Assembly: GCF_001447785.1 (NCBI RefSeq)
Contig: NW_015175359.1
Coordinates: 53,062 to 116,740 of the forward strand
Length of the DNA: 63,679 bases
Origin: Gekko japonicus
Lineage: Eukaryota
Reading direction: 5' to 3'
Shown: positions 23,271 through 35,899 of the stretch, one piece after another
Position numbering within the stretch: the stretch's first letter is position 1
Layout of the letters: every line of letters starts with the position of its first letter
The notes under the pieces: model-generated
Told to the model about the DNA's origin: nothing
Database searches by the model: none
The model's input: the letters and a program-made list of their open reading frames with translations, nothing else
Translations under genes and position numbers: made by a program

Positions 23271-26116
23271 ATACTCCCCCCCAAAAAAAGACCATCTGGC
23301 CCAACATTTTTCAAAGTTGTATCTCACTAACATGGAACAAACGATTTGACATTCAAGCCATTTTTTTTAAAGGACAAAATTTACTCAATTGCACCTAGGC
23401 AATCTCTTCCCAATACATTGACTATGTTTAGCAAATAAAAGTACCTGCGTACATGTGCTTGAGACAAGCCTGAAACAGCCAGCCTCCAGAGTTGTAAAAT
23501 AACCCCTTTAGGTCTCATTAAAAAGTTAGCAGATTAAACTATTTTCTAGACTGAATGTGTACAACAGAGCAGAGGGTTTTTTAAAGCTAAGGGTAATAAA
23601 AGGGGCAGGAAAGGGGCAGGAAAGATCAAGCATACAAGAGTTTGTATCCGTTCAATAAGTGGTGTGTAAACAGTAACAGGTAAAGCAGGCGTCTCCAACC
23701 GTTTTGAACCTGTGTGCGCATCTTGAATTCTGATACAGGGTGGTGGGCACAACCACAAAATGGCCATGTGGGAGGTGGAGCTGACCACACACACAAGGAA
23801 CCAAAGGGCAAGGGGTAAGAGAAGTAAATTAAAAAAAAACACCACTGAAAGAGAAAAACTGAACCACCATCACCCAGCAAGCTTCATGGCAGAGTTGGGA
23901 AACTGAATCTTTTAGGACCCAGTCCAGCACTCTAAAGTAGGGATCCTAGTCCAACACTCTTAACAAGCACGTACTGGCTGACGAACTAAAGTTCGTCACA
24001 AATTTGGCCGGTTTGTGGTTCGTAAAGTGATGTTTGCAAACGGAAGAATCGCCACAAACATCCACAAATTTTGATGCAGTTCATGGTGGTTCATGAAGAG
24101 CAGAAGGCCCCTGAAGTATAAGAGAAGCTTGGGCGAATGCACGAGTGCTTTGGACCAGTCATCACCAAAAAAAAGTCTGAAAGACACTGTTAAAAGACAT
24201 GTCACAAGCTAAGAGGTCTGTTTATAGTCTTCATTTGTGTGTGTTATGTTGGGGTTACCAGATGTCCTCTTCTTAGAGGACATGTCCTCTTTTTTCATGT
24301 CCACCCTCTTTTGGGCTCTTTTTAAAAAACTGATGAAAATTTCTTCTTTGGGGGTTGGAAGGTTAGGGATAGTTTAGTTAGCAGCAATTATTTATTTATT
24401 TATCAATTATTTATTTATTTATTTATATTTCATTTATATCCCGCCCTTCCCGCATGCGGGCTCACACTTTTATCACAGCTTAAATAGTAGGAGTATTTAA
24501 AATGAAATTTGTCATAGTGATCACTTGTTTGAAGTAGTTAGTTGGAAAATATGTCCTCTTTTTTGCTTTTCAAAATATGTTCAAAAACCCTATGTTATGT
24601 GCCATCAAATCGCTTCCAACTTATGGAGACCCTATGAATTAAAGACCCCCCTAAACTTTCTATCTTTAACAGCCTTGCTCTGGTCTTACAAGATGAGGGC
24701 TGTGGCTTCCTTTACTTGGCCAAGCCAACTCATGTTGGGTCTTCCTCTTTTCCTAACATTAAAGTCTTTCCAAGTGAACCTTGTCTTCCCCCTCTTGCAT
24801 ATACACCTTAAAGTGGTGAGGGGGGTTGCGTGTGTCAGTGAAGCTAAGAGCAATACACTCAGGAGTTTAGACTCTAAATTCCTAGCAGAGTCACTCAAGG
24901 TAGAAGGGTCAAAGCTGAGACACTGGACTCAGGTGCATCCACCCCTTTCAGGAATCAATGGGCATATCAGAAGACAAGAATTGACAGTACCAGTGGTGAT
25001 GGGGGTGGAGAAATCCTTGAAGGGGAGCTACTGGGCAGGCAGAAGTAGTGGAGGGTGCCTTGGAGCAGAATCTTTCATAGACAGTGGCAGTGACACTTCA
25101 GCTAACCCTGGTTAGTACTACGCAGAAGAAGACAATGGTAAATCAATATGCTGTCGAAGGCTTTCATGGACGGAGTTCACTAGTTGTTGTAGATTTTCCA
25201 GGCTGTATGGCCATGGTCTCAGAGATTACTCCATCTTTCCGTGTTATACCTCTGAGGATGCCAGTCACAGCTGCTGGCGAAACGCCAGGTACTATACTGC
25301 CAAGACAGCCCGGAAAATCTACCACAACTAATGGTAAATCACTTCTGATCTGCTCATTCCTCAAAGACCCTGTGATGAGACTGCACTCATACTAACAGGT
25401 AAAAAACAAGACCACCTGGTCCAAAGCCCTGACCTGGATAGCCCAGGCAAACCCGATCTCACCGGATGACGAAACCTAAGCAGGGCCAACCCTGGCAGGT
25501 ACTTGGATGGGAGACTTCCAAGGAATACCAGGGCTGGGACACAGAGACAGGCAATAGCAAGCCACCTCTCTGATATGTCCAAGCCCCACTAGGGGTCACC
25601 AGAAGTCAGCCAGGCACACACAAACACAATACTCCCCCCCAAAAAAAGACCATCTGGCCCAACATTTTTCAAAGTTGTATCTCACTAACATGGAACAAAC
25701 GATTTGACATTCAAGCCATTTTTTAAAGGACACAATTTACTCAATTGCACCTAGGGAATCTCTTCCCAATAAAAGTACCTGCGTACATGTGCTTGAGTTA
25801 AAGGACAAAATTTACTCAATTGCACCTAGGCAATCTCTTCCCAATACATTGACTATGTTTAGCAAATAAAAGTACCTGCGTACATGTGCTTGAGACAAGC
25901 CTGAAACAGCCAGCCTCCAGAGTTGTAAAATAACCCCTTTAGGTCTCATTAAAAAGTTAGCAGATTAAACTATTTTCTAGACTGAATGTGACAACAGAGC
26001 AGAGGGTTTTTTTAAAGCTAAGGGTAATAAAAGGGGCAGGAAAGGGGCAGGAAAGATCAAGCATACAAGAGTTTGTATCCGTTCAATAAGTGGTGTGTAA
26101 ACAGTAACAGGTAAAG

Positions 26117-26856
26117 CAGGCGTCTCCAACCGTTTTGAACCTGTGTGCGCATCTTGAATTCTGATACAGGGTGGTGGGCACAACCACAAAATGGCCATGT
26201 GGGAGGTGGAGCTGACCACACACACAAGGAACCAAAGGGCAAGGGGTAAGAGAAGTAAATTAAAAAAAAACACCACTGAGAAGCAGGAGTCACAGAGAGT
26301 AAAACCAACACTACAGGGGCAGTTGACTCTGAAATCTTATTTTAATCTGCACAGCCAGTTACGTGATCCCTGGCCCCAAGAGGGTCTGGCTGTCCTCAAC
26401 CAGAGCCAGGGCCTTTTTGTCCTTGGGCCTGTAAGACAGAGTTGCTCCACCAGGTGTAGAGTTGAGGGCAGCAATGGTTTTCCATTTTGATTGGCCTCCC
26501 CCATTCCTTTCTCCATCTCTCCCCCACCCCCTTTTCCCTTCATACCAGGCAGTTTTTAGATACTTACTCCCCCTGAGATTTTACGCCATATATTAGTAGA
26601 GTTGTTGGTTTTATCATTTTATTATATTTATTGTATTAGAATTGTGAATGTTTTAGATGGCATATTGTGTTTTATCATGATGTTACCCATTCTGAGCCCA
26701 TTCACGGGAGAGAGCAGGCTGTAAGTCCAGTGAAACAAAGAAATGAAGTAAATAGAAGCCCTACTGGGCAAGAACCCTACCTGGCCCCACCCAACTTCCT
26801 AAAAACACTTGGCGGACACCAGGAAAGGTGCTGCCGGGCCACGTTAGGGACCCCTG
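26117..26856 (-). mobile_element. hAT non-autonomous element (same family as the 9389 host) with an internal L2 fragment (about 26340-26755)
   Basis: TIR CAGGCGTCTCCAAC / GTTAGGGACCCCTG; degenerate TSD AGGTAAAG / AAATAAAG. Confidence 0.65.
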
Positions 26857-29661
26857 AAATAAAGGACTGCTTCATTTCTTCACTAACTTCCGAAAGGTCC
26901 CACTAATACTGGATTGTACTCAGGCTAAACAGAAAGCTCGTTTTAGAGGCATTCATCAGATGCATAAATATGAAGAAAGAGCCAGGCGCAACACTAAGTA
27001 CCAAGACTAACCAAACAAAATTCCACATTCCCCTGTTAAAAAGTGCAAAAAATGTAGTGTTCTGGCTCATAAGCTCTATCCAGGAAAGAGTCTGAGCTTG
27101 GAACCCCTCAGGCAGTGAAGGGAAAAGAGGCAATCAGCAATGGCTCTAACCACTGCACAGATGTTTCTGTTTAGTTTATACAGTACCGCTTATGGAATGG
27201 GGATGGGCAAAATGAGATTTCAAAGCAGGGGGGCTGACAGCAGCAGGAAGAATCCCTCGCTAGAGAGATCTGGGGCAAAGGAGTTTCTCGCAACCATCAG
27301 ACTGGAGGAGATGACTAAACTCAGCAGGCCCACCTTTTGTTTGCGTTCATCTGTGACTAAAAAGGCCTGGCCATATCCCACATTTTTAAATCTAAAATGC
27401 CCTAAACATTTGCGAGAACCACAAAAAATAATAGTAAAACCTTGCCGAATGGATGTGTTCCCTAGGAGGCCATGAAAGTCTAATCGCTGTTTTGTTTCCA
27501 ACAGTTGTTCCGCTTTCTGCGTCAAATGTTCCGAGTCAGCTACAACGAGCAAAATGCAACCAGACGCAGTTGAAAACTTTGGCATTTCAGAACTGCTGTT
27601 TGAATGTCTCCGAGTGCTTTAAAAATCTTTTATGGTCCCATAGCCACCTGTTCCCACAACAAAAACAGTTTAATGACAGCATGCATATAGACACACAGCT
27701 CCTATCCCTCAATGCATAGCAGCAGCCTTGTCTGTTTTTAGCTTCAGCTACAGCAAATAAAATACAGCCCCTCTGAAACCACAAGAGTCAATCTGACTCT
27801 TCACTCAAGAAATCTCATTCATGTAGTCTAGATAAACTCCACAATTATACATCTTTTGTCTCCTGCCCTGTCACGGAAAACTAGCAGAAACCAAGAACAC
27901 ACCACTTTTATTCTGAAAGTAGGGTGGACTGGAAGAACAGTGCTTTATAACTTTTCTAAGCTCTGAAATATAACACCTTATACCCCAAAGGCAGTGCAGA
28001 AAGGAAATGATTGATTTTAACTGTGCAAGGTTGTTGGCACAACTATAAAGGGAAGTTTAAAAACAGTTTATACTGGTACAATGTACACTGAATCTTACAA
28101 ACATCATATTGGCTGGATTCATACACCTGGCATTTATAAACCTTCTCCTTGCCCCTGTGTGTTTTAAGTGAATACACTTTTCCCATGCTGGGTTGTTGAG
28201 GATGAGAACACGCATACGTTTGCCAACAGCACAAGAGAGACAAGAACATTGTTACTTCCACCGAGAGGCAGTGGCTGCAATGCTGGATACGAGTGTGTAG
28301 AATTTCATCAACAAACATTTGTGCAGTGTACATTACACAGACATCTTAAGAACACAGTAACACCCACACGCATGGAGATGCTGCCCCTGTCCAAGCATCA
28401 AAGGGAGCCACCAAGGACATCTGTGAACAGAGCACAGGATTGTCTGCGCTTGAATGAGGCTCTCCATTTGCTAGGCAAAGTGGGTGCTAAAACACAAGAA
28501 TTGCCCAGCTACAGGACCAAAACACATACAATGGTGGTAGCCACATTCAGTGTGTGCCTTGTTCACATTTATAGGAAGAGTAGAGGAAGGAAACATCTTA
28601 TTCTGGCACTAAATAGAAGTATGGGGCAAGAGGTTCCAAAGACTTCCCTAAATCACTTTTTTGCAATCCAGTACACAGACTCCTTTCCCTCCCTGGCCTG
28701 GCTCCCATTCCATAAATGAGCCCAGCAGGGAGAAAAGTGCTTGGGCAACAGAACACAGGTGTAACACTGGGCTCCTTTTTTCAAATCCCGCTCCCTTATA
28801 CAACTGGGTGGCAAGCCAGAAGAGAGACACAATCACTACCCTGCTATGCTCCATGCAAAAGAACAGATATAGATGGAGGAGGAGGCAGAAGGTTCCCTTC
28901 ATTCTTTTTGGCAACCACTGTTACAGAAAACAAAAGGGCTGGTTTCTCCAAAGTCTGGCCTGCAAAGTTGGCAAGGGTGTTGCAGTGTATATACAGTATC
29001 TCACAGAGTTTCTCCAGAAAGCATTTCTTTCACCCCTTACTCACACACACACAGCTTTTATTCCTTCCAGCAGGGAGCTAGAAGGTCTACAGTTGCAGTC
29101 CTGATAAAACTTACTTAAGGCATGTCTACTAGCAGCTGTGACCATCAGAACTCCACAGCAAGATTATTTTGCTTTGGGTCTTAATTATTTTTTACTATGC
29201 CATAACTGATCTGATCTGTGGGTTGTACTCCCGGCTTGCCTCTATACAGACTTATCCTTGCGACACTCCCATGGCAAGTCCAAAGAATAAGATTTCCATG
29301 TGGGAACATATACAAGAAATCAGAAGGACAGCCAGCATGGTCCAAGTTTGATAGCAGTCTCTCAAGCTGGCACTTCATGGTCAGTTTTTGCTATCCATCT
29401 TCTCTGCCTCTCTCAATATTCATTGTCAATTTTCTCCTCCTTATCCCCAAGGAAATCTACTCTTTCGTCTCTGCAGTTGCTGCCAAAACATTCTGGTTCC
29501 TCATACGATTACTATCGGCTCTCTCGCTAGTCACTTCTCCCTTCTGCAAGCAAATAATTTAAAATGCTGTCTAATAAAATAATCTTCTAATATCAGGCCA
29601 CCCACCACTGTTCTTATGCTCTGAAATTTCACATGGCAAAGTATCTTCTTATGGCATAAAG

Positions 29662-29993
29662 CACTCATTTCCAACAAATCGATTTGTGTGGTGAAAAGAC
29701 GACATAGGAAGCAACCCCGGTTCTCTTGGCTATGTGGTGAATGTTGTTTCAAGAGTTAATGGGTTTAAAGAGTCTGAGTAGCTAACATGGGTTGTCATGA
29801 AACAAGAACTTTCAGTCAGCATTATGACACTCATTTCCAACAAATCCATTTGTGTGGGGAAAAGACGACAGAGGAAGCAACCCCGGTTCTCTTGGCTACG
29901 TGGTGAATGTTGTTTCAAGAGTTAATGGGTTTAAAGAGTCTGAGTAGCTAACATGGGTTGTCATGAAACAAGAGCTTTCAGTCAGCATTATGA
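29662..29993. repeat. Tandem duplication, 166-bp unit x2
   Basis: CACTCATTTCCAACAAATC...CAGCATTATGA starts at 29662 and 29828. Confidence 0.92.
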
Positions 29994-29994
29994 T

Positions 29995-30200
29995 CAGTGT
30001 TCCCTCTAAGCTGAGTTAGTGTGAGATAGCTCACAGTTTTTTAGCCTCCGGCTCACACTTTTTTGTCTTAGCTCAGGAAGAAAGGCTCCAGAGCAAACTA
30101 ATTTATGCAGCAGCCAAATCGCTCACTGACAACTTAAATGCCAGTAGCTCACAAAGTAGAATTTTAGCTCACAAGACTGCACAGCTTAGAGGAAGCATTG
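29995..30200 (+). mobile_element. hAT MITE (CAGTGTTCCCTCTAAGCTG family)
   Basis: TIRs present; TSD ATTATGAT / ATTATAAT. Confidence 0.85.
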
Positions 30201-30214
30201 ATTATAATGAGCAA

Positions 30215-30546
30215 AACAGCTACTTAAACGCCATTTTCTGAAAATAATTATTATGCCAGCACAGCTGAGAAATTCATAAGCACTCTCTTTCCTCAACAAC
30301 ATCCTTATGTACTGGAGCAAAATGTTTATCTGAAAGACGTCTGCTGTTCTTTTACAACAGTATGCTGATTACAGAACCGCATAACAGCTACTTAATTGCC
30401 ATTTTCTGAAAATAATCATTATGCCAGCACAGCTGAGAAATACATGAGCACTCTCTTTCCTCAATGACATCCTTATGTACTGGAGCAAAATGTTTATCTG
30501 AAAGACATCTGCTGTTCTTTTACAACAGTATGCTGATTACAGAACC
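30215..30546. repeat. Tandem duplication, 168-bp unit x2
   Basis: AACAGCTACTTAA...GATTACAGAACC starts at 30215 and 30383. Confidence 0.9.
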
Positions 30547-31039
30547 CAGCACGTGGGCATCATGCATAGGCCAACTAGTAACACCCATCCTAAACAAACC
30601 ACTGTGCCTGTCCACAGCTGCATCAACAGGATCTGTTTTTCACTCTGACTGCACCCTCAGAGCCATTTGGAATAATGCAGATTATTTTACATGGTATGCC
30701 CTTGCCTCAAAACACAGGCCTCTTTGGTTAATCAGGGATAAATGGTTAAATTAACAAGTGCAAATTATAACTTTGACAAGGCCATCTCATCTCCCCAAGT
30801 ACAAGGAAGCCAAGCACTTTAATAAAGCAATGCACAATGGCTTAGTTTTCTCTTTTGGCAATGAAGGAGACATTAACATGTGAATTCTCAGGGGCTGGTT
30901 CCTTAACTGGAGCCTTTGTAGAAAGATCCATACAAAACTGATAACTCAAGCCAGCCAGCCAAGTCACACACTATAGGGGAAGGTTCACTAAAAAGGTCAT
31001 TAGAACATAATTACAGAACCCAGCACTGGTTCTGAATAA

Positions 31040-31300
31040 CAGATCAGGTTCAAGGTTTTGATGTTAACCTTTAAGGCCCTAAACGGTCTGAGGCCAATGT
31101 ACCTATTGGATTGCCTTGCTTCGTATACTCCCCATAGAGCATTATGCTCTAGGGAGCAAAATATCCTAGTGATCCGTGGCCCGAAAGAAATCTGGCTGTC
31201 CTCAACCAGAGCGAGGGCCTCTTCGGCCCTGGCAGCAGCCTGATGGAACTCTCTGCCTAGTGACATCCGTGCCCTGCAGGACGTGGTCCAGTTCCACAGA
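31040..31300 (+). mobile_element. L2 LINE RT fragment
   Basis: LTFKALNGLRPMYLLDCLASYTPHRALCS motif of L2 ORF2. Confidence 0.75.
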
Positions 31301-33019
31301 GCAGTAACGGTTTGTCATCAAGCCTGGCCTCCCTTACTCCCCCCATCTGTTACCACCAGTGGCCTGCCTCATTGTTAGGGAAATTAGCTATGAGACAGAG
31401 GAGGCCAGAGGGGTACCAGGGACTGCACACCTATATAAAAAGCACAAGGAGTTTGCAAATAAAACTTGTGCGTCCAGAAGGGGCTTGATTCTCTTCATTA
31501 GCGGGGGGCAACAGATTCAAGTTGATGCCCAGGTGGGGACTTAACATAAATTGTGAGAGGAGTATCTTCAAGAGTTTTAAAAGTTACCTGTATCTGGCAA
31601 CCAAGTTGTCCAGCCTAACTAGTGTGACATTATGAAGACTCATGTCTTCGGCCATTCCCCATACACATACATGCATGCATCTCTCTTCCCTACAGGGGTA
31701 GGACCAAACTTTATGTGAATGATCTCCAGGTACGATTCCCCCACCCCCTGTATCTTATGAGTCTGTGTACTCATGCTAGTTTGACTAGGGAAACAATGCA
31801 GAAGCTGGGAGTGTTTCACTCTCTCCATTGATGCCATTTTCAAGATCCAAATTTCCTCCCCCTCCTCCAGTTACTATTTGCGCCACAGAGGAATATACAC
31901 ACAGGCACTTTATCCTGGCAGTATTTTTCCCTTAGACAACACATACAGCAGCTTCCGGGGGAAGAACATGAAGGGGAACCGGATGAATGCCCCAAGCCCC
32001 GATATCATTTTCCCAACCAAAATATCAATCCCGAACACACACATTTAAAAAAAAAAACAAACAGAAAATCAGTCACCAACCTCCTGACCAACAAGAAAGT
32101 TGGCCCTTCAAGAGACTTACAAAATAAAGTAACTTTGGAATCAGCTCTTTGTCAGGCAGCAGTTTTTCTTCAGGCCAGTTTGACCAGTGATCGTGGAAGT
32201 TTTTTGCCATCTTCTGGGCATGGAGCAGGGGGTCACTGGGTGTGTGTGTGGGGGGAGTATTTGTGAATTTCCTGCACTGTGTAGTGGTTTGGACTAGATG
32301 ACCCTGGAGGTACTTTCCAACACTATGATTCTATGATTAGCACTAGCTGAACAATATATCATCTTAATTCTCTAGGTAGTTTTCAGGGCATACTTTGGTT
32401 TAAGGATACCTCAACAGTATTAAAGTGCACTAAAATATTAGGTCAAACAAGAGAATAGGTACGAGTCATCTTCTAAACAGAAGCTCTTAAAGCTGTTCTA
32501 AACTATTTATTAGGTGAATGTTATGCATGCGTATAAAAAACTTTTTTCTCTTTTAGCATGCAACCCATTATTACTTCCAACAGATGTACAGACTCAAGTC
32601 TGTGAGAACGTACAGGGAATTATGGGATAACGACAGAGGACTCTGGGATTCCTCTATTCACTTTATCTTCCCAAAGTGAACCACCACTTTGCAAGGTATA
32701 CAACACAATCGGCAGGAGTAAATGTGATGCTCCACATATTTTAGCAGGCACACACATTTAAAAACCTAATGTACAAGCGTGCATGCACATACATTAACCT
32801 ATCATTCAGGTACACTTCAAGAGCTGGAACTAGCTATGGCTCCCCCCACCATGTGAATCCACACACAATAGCCACAACATAAATCAGCCCTAAGGCATAT
32901 TGACATCAAACGTCATTTCCCCCAGTTTGCAGGAACCCAGATCTTTGAAGAGAAAAACAACACTGCAAAGAAATACAAGCTTTACTACAGAAGGGAGAAA
33001 AGGAGAGAGGTGATCTTAC

Positions 33020-33116
33020 TTTCACTGGGGGGCTCCTCTGGCGCAGAGACATGGCCTCTACTTTCATCCAAGGTGAGAATAAGGGGAACATCATCATCTT
33101 CCACATTCACAGCCAT
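33020..33116 (-). CDS. TPCN1: TPCN1 first coding exon (start codon; dileucine-type sorting motif DDDVPLI)
   Basis: ATG at 33116, MAVNVEDDDVPLILTLDESRGHVSAPEEPPSE + 1 nt, donor GTAAG at 33019; in-frame TGA upstream at 33152-33150; probable acceptor TTTCAG before 33245. Confidence 0.93.
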
Positions 33117-34354
33117 ACCTCCTCCTGGGTTTTGTTGTTTTTGGTCCAGTCAATGTTTTAAGCAGAAGCTTTTATCACAGCTTTGTCAAAGATCGGGCAC
33201 ATCTTCCAAACTGGAAACAGTCCAGGAAGACATCTCATTCATACCCTGAATAACTCTGGCCCCTACCAGAGCAAACACCCTTGGGATACGCAGGATCAAA
33301 TACTGTCAGGAGCAAAGCAGAAATCTTCTGGTGGATGCTGACGCACACTTTTGAAGGCCAAACCTCACCACTGCTGCTTCCCAAACTGGTCCAACAGCGT
33401 CCGTCTCTGACCTCAGCAGCCCTTAGGACGAGGAGGAAAGAGAGGCGGGGAAAGGAAAGGTTTTAAAAAAACAATCACAACAGCACTTGAGCTACCATGC
33501 AGGAATGAGATGTATGAGGTGTTGTTACCCTGCCTAAGAAAAGAATGCAACTCTCTTCGCTCTTCGGAGTACAATGGAATCCATCCTTTCCAGAACTCTG
33601 GGTCACAACTATAAATGGGGGAGGCGGTTCTTTAATAGGGCCTGTCGGCCTTGATCTTGCAACCCACGTAAAGACGGACACGTTTGTTTTAAAGCGACCT
33701 TTTAAAGCGAAGAAACCAAATACGAAACTGTAAATGGCATCGCCTCGCTGAGCGCTTCCCGAGTATCGTCCGCCCCCCGCCGCCTTACAACGCAGCCTGC
33801 CCCCATAACACGCTTGAAGCAAGAATCCCAGCCTCACGTCACGCCTGAGCCCCGGTACCTCTCGGCTTGGACGGCAAAGCCTGTCAACGCATCCGGCCTT
33901 TGGGGAGGAGGGAGGGAGTGGGAAGACGTTGCCTACGAGTCAGCCTAGGATGGCGAATCTTTTGGCCCGCCGGCTCCGTCCTAGCCCTTCCCTTTCCAGA
34001 CTAAGCGGTGGGGGGTGGGGAGAGAAGGGTCGCGGGTCTTTCCCCCGCCCCGCCAGCAGCCGCCGGCTGGGGTCGCCTTTCTCCTCCTCGCTGTCCCGCT
34101 AGCGGCGGAAGCAATTCCTGGGTTGGTCACAAGGGAGGAGAAGCTGTATGTGGGAAGGGGGGGGCGGGGATAAAGGGCGGCTTTCTCCGCGGAGGCGGAA
34201 ACGGGGGTCTCTCCTCAAGACGGTCGCCTCGCAGCCGTTTCACGCGCGAGAGGTCATTCCGGCTCTACCCGCTCTCGTTGGGGCTCTTTAAAAAGTTATG
34301 GCCGCGGTTGCTGGCGGCTGCAGCTGCAGGGGGGGGGGGGGGGACCCCCCCCCC

Positions 34355-34526
34355 NNNNNNNNNNNNNNNNNNNNNNNNNNNNNNNNNNNNNNNNNNNNNN
34401 NNNNNNNNNNNNNNNNNNNNNNNNNNNNNNNNNNNNNNNNNNNNNNNNNNNNNNNNNNNNNNNNNNNNNNNNNNNNNNNNNNNNNNNNNNNNNNNNNNNN
34501 NNNNNNNNNNNNNNNNNNNNNNNNNN
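34355..34526. other. Assembly gap (N run)
   Basis: Run of N. Confidence 1.
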
Positions 34527-35886
34527 CGTCGTTGCAGCTGTGGCCGAGAGCGGCGGCCGCCATAACTTTTTAAAGAGCCCCTAACTTTGTTGGTCTTAAA
34601 GGTGCCCCTGGACTCAGACGTTGTTGCACCTGAGAGGACGCTCTGCATGCATCAGGCAAGCCTGAGAACTGCAAGCGAAGCCATGTTGGATCAGGCCACT
34701 GGCCCATCCAGTCCAACACTCCGTGTCGCACAGTGGCCAGAATCCAGGTGTCATCAGGAGGTCCACAACAGCGGGGCCACAAGACTCCTCTTTGGAACAC
34801 AGTTGACTTAGTTCTGAATAAGCATGCATGAGATTGCGTCTGTCCGCCTTGAGATAATAATTGTTACTAAAGCAAAGAATAGCACCCCTCTGAGCTCATA
34901 TTACTCCTGGATGAACGACGGTATAGCTGCAGTTTGTAACGGAAGTGGGATATGTATCACGCTAGTATGTTTGTACCTCTATGGAGGCGAGTAAACCTTT
35001 TTCTTTTGAGCCTCGTGCGCGTGCGCGCGAGTCTTCAACCTATCCCGATTGCACCACCCCGGTTTTGTATATCTGGAGAGACTGGGGGGGGGGGGGGGGG
35101 GGGGGGGGAGGGACATGGCTATGCATTTCGGGTTCCGTTTGAACGCCTCCATTTGCGGGGCAAGGAGCGTTGATCTGACTTTTCCCGTCTCTACGAAAGC
35201 AAAATAGTGGCGCAGAAATGTACCACCTCTTGTATTCGAGGCTTTAAAAAAAGTGTCCTTTTGTTCCTTTTAAATACTGGTTGACACGCAACAGAAATAG
35301 AAAAAAAAATGCAAAAATGCTTTCTCAGTCTCTCTTTATTAGCGCTTCGGGTCCAACTTTCCATTGCAGGGGGAAAAAAGTTTCCACCATAGAAAGAGAA
35401 ATTAGTTGGCGCTCGTCCATCATAGGGTTTTTTCCAGTGGCACTTGCGTTTCACCATTTATTTATTCTAAATAAAGCAAGCATTATAGGTAGCTTTGTCG
35501 CAGAAGGGCAGTACTTTATTGTTACCAACTAAAAAGTGGCACAAAAGTTACTTCTATCCGAATTCTTACACCCTGAATAAAAGCTGCACGAAAAGCTCAC
35601 CAGAATAAAACTTTTATTGGTCTTAAAGGTGCCCCGGCGAAAACGTAGTGGAACCGGAAACGTAGATCTCCTTGTGCTGCGAATCCCCTTTGACGTAATG
35701 TAAAAAAAAAGTGGGACAGGAATTCTCTCCTTTAAAACATTCTCCGATACTTTTATTGGACGAGCCTCTCTATGATGAACAGCGAAGGGCAGATGTGCGT
35801 TAGAGGCTTTGATTGGTGGTTTACTCAATCAAGCCCCTCCCCTTCCAGAGTTAGACGCTTTCACTTCCTCCACATAGAGCGACCAG

Positions 35887-35899
35887 GTTGCTAAGCAAC
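35887..35899. promoter_or_regulatory. RFX X-box GTTGCTAAGCAAC at the IQCD promoter
   Basis: Palindromic X-box consensus about 90 nt before the first + strand donor; expected for a motile-cilia gene. Confidence 0.72.

Larger units (their letters stand above)
21509..26279. repeat. Tandem duplication of about 2.34 kb (copy 1 21509-23848, copy 2 23848-26279)
   Basis: Near-identical copies; ORF pairs offset by 2339, 2358 and 2431. Confidence 0.95.
499..33116 (-). other. TPCN1: TPCN1 coding span (two-pore channel 1), 5' part; continues beyond left edge
   Basis: Nine GT-AG exons splice in frame to MAVNVEDDDVPLILTLDE...[27 protein letters not shown]...[42 protein letters not shown], recognisable as vertebrate TPC1. 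Confidence 0.97.

Noticed and set aside
22167-25115. Pair of 196-aa ORFs (22167 and 24525) resembling duplicated genes
   Set aside because: They start at TTG, match no protein family I recognise, overlap decayed repeat fragments, and are paired only because of the tandem duplication
28168-29118. Overlapping 183-, 147- and 121-aa ORFs in the TPCN1 intron
   Set aside because: No recognisable domain or exon structure; expected by chance
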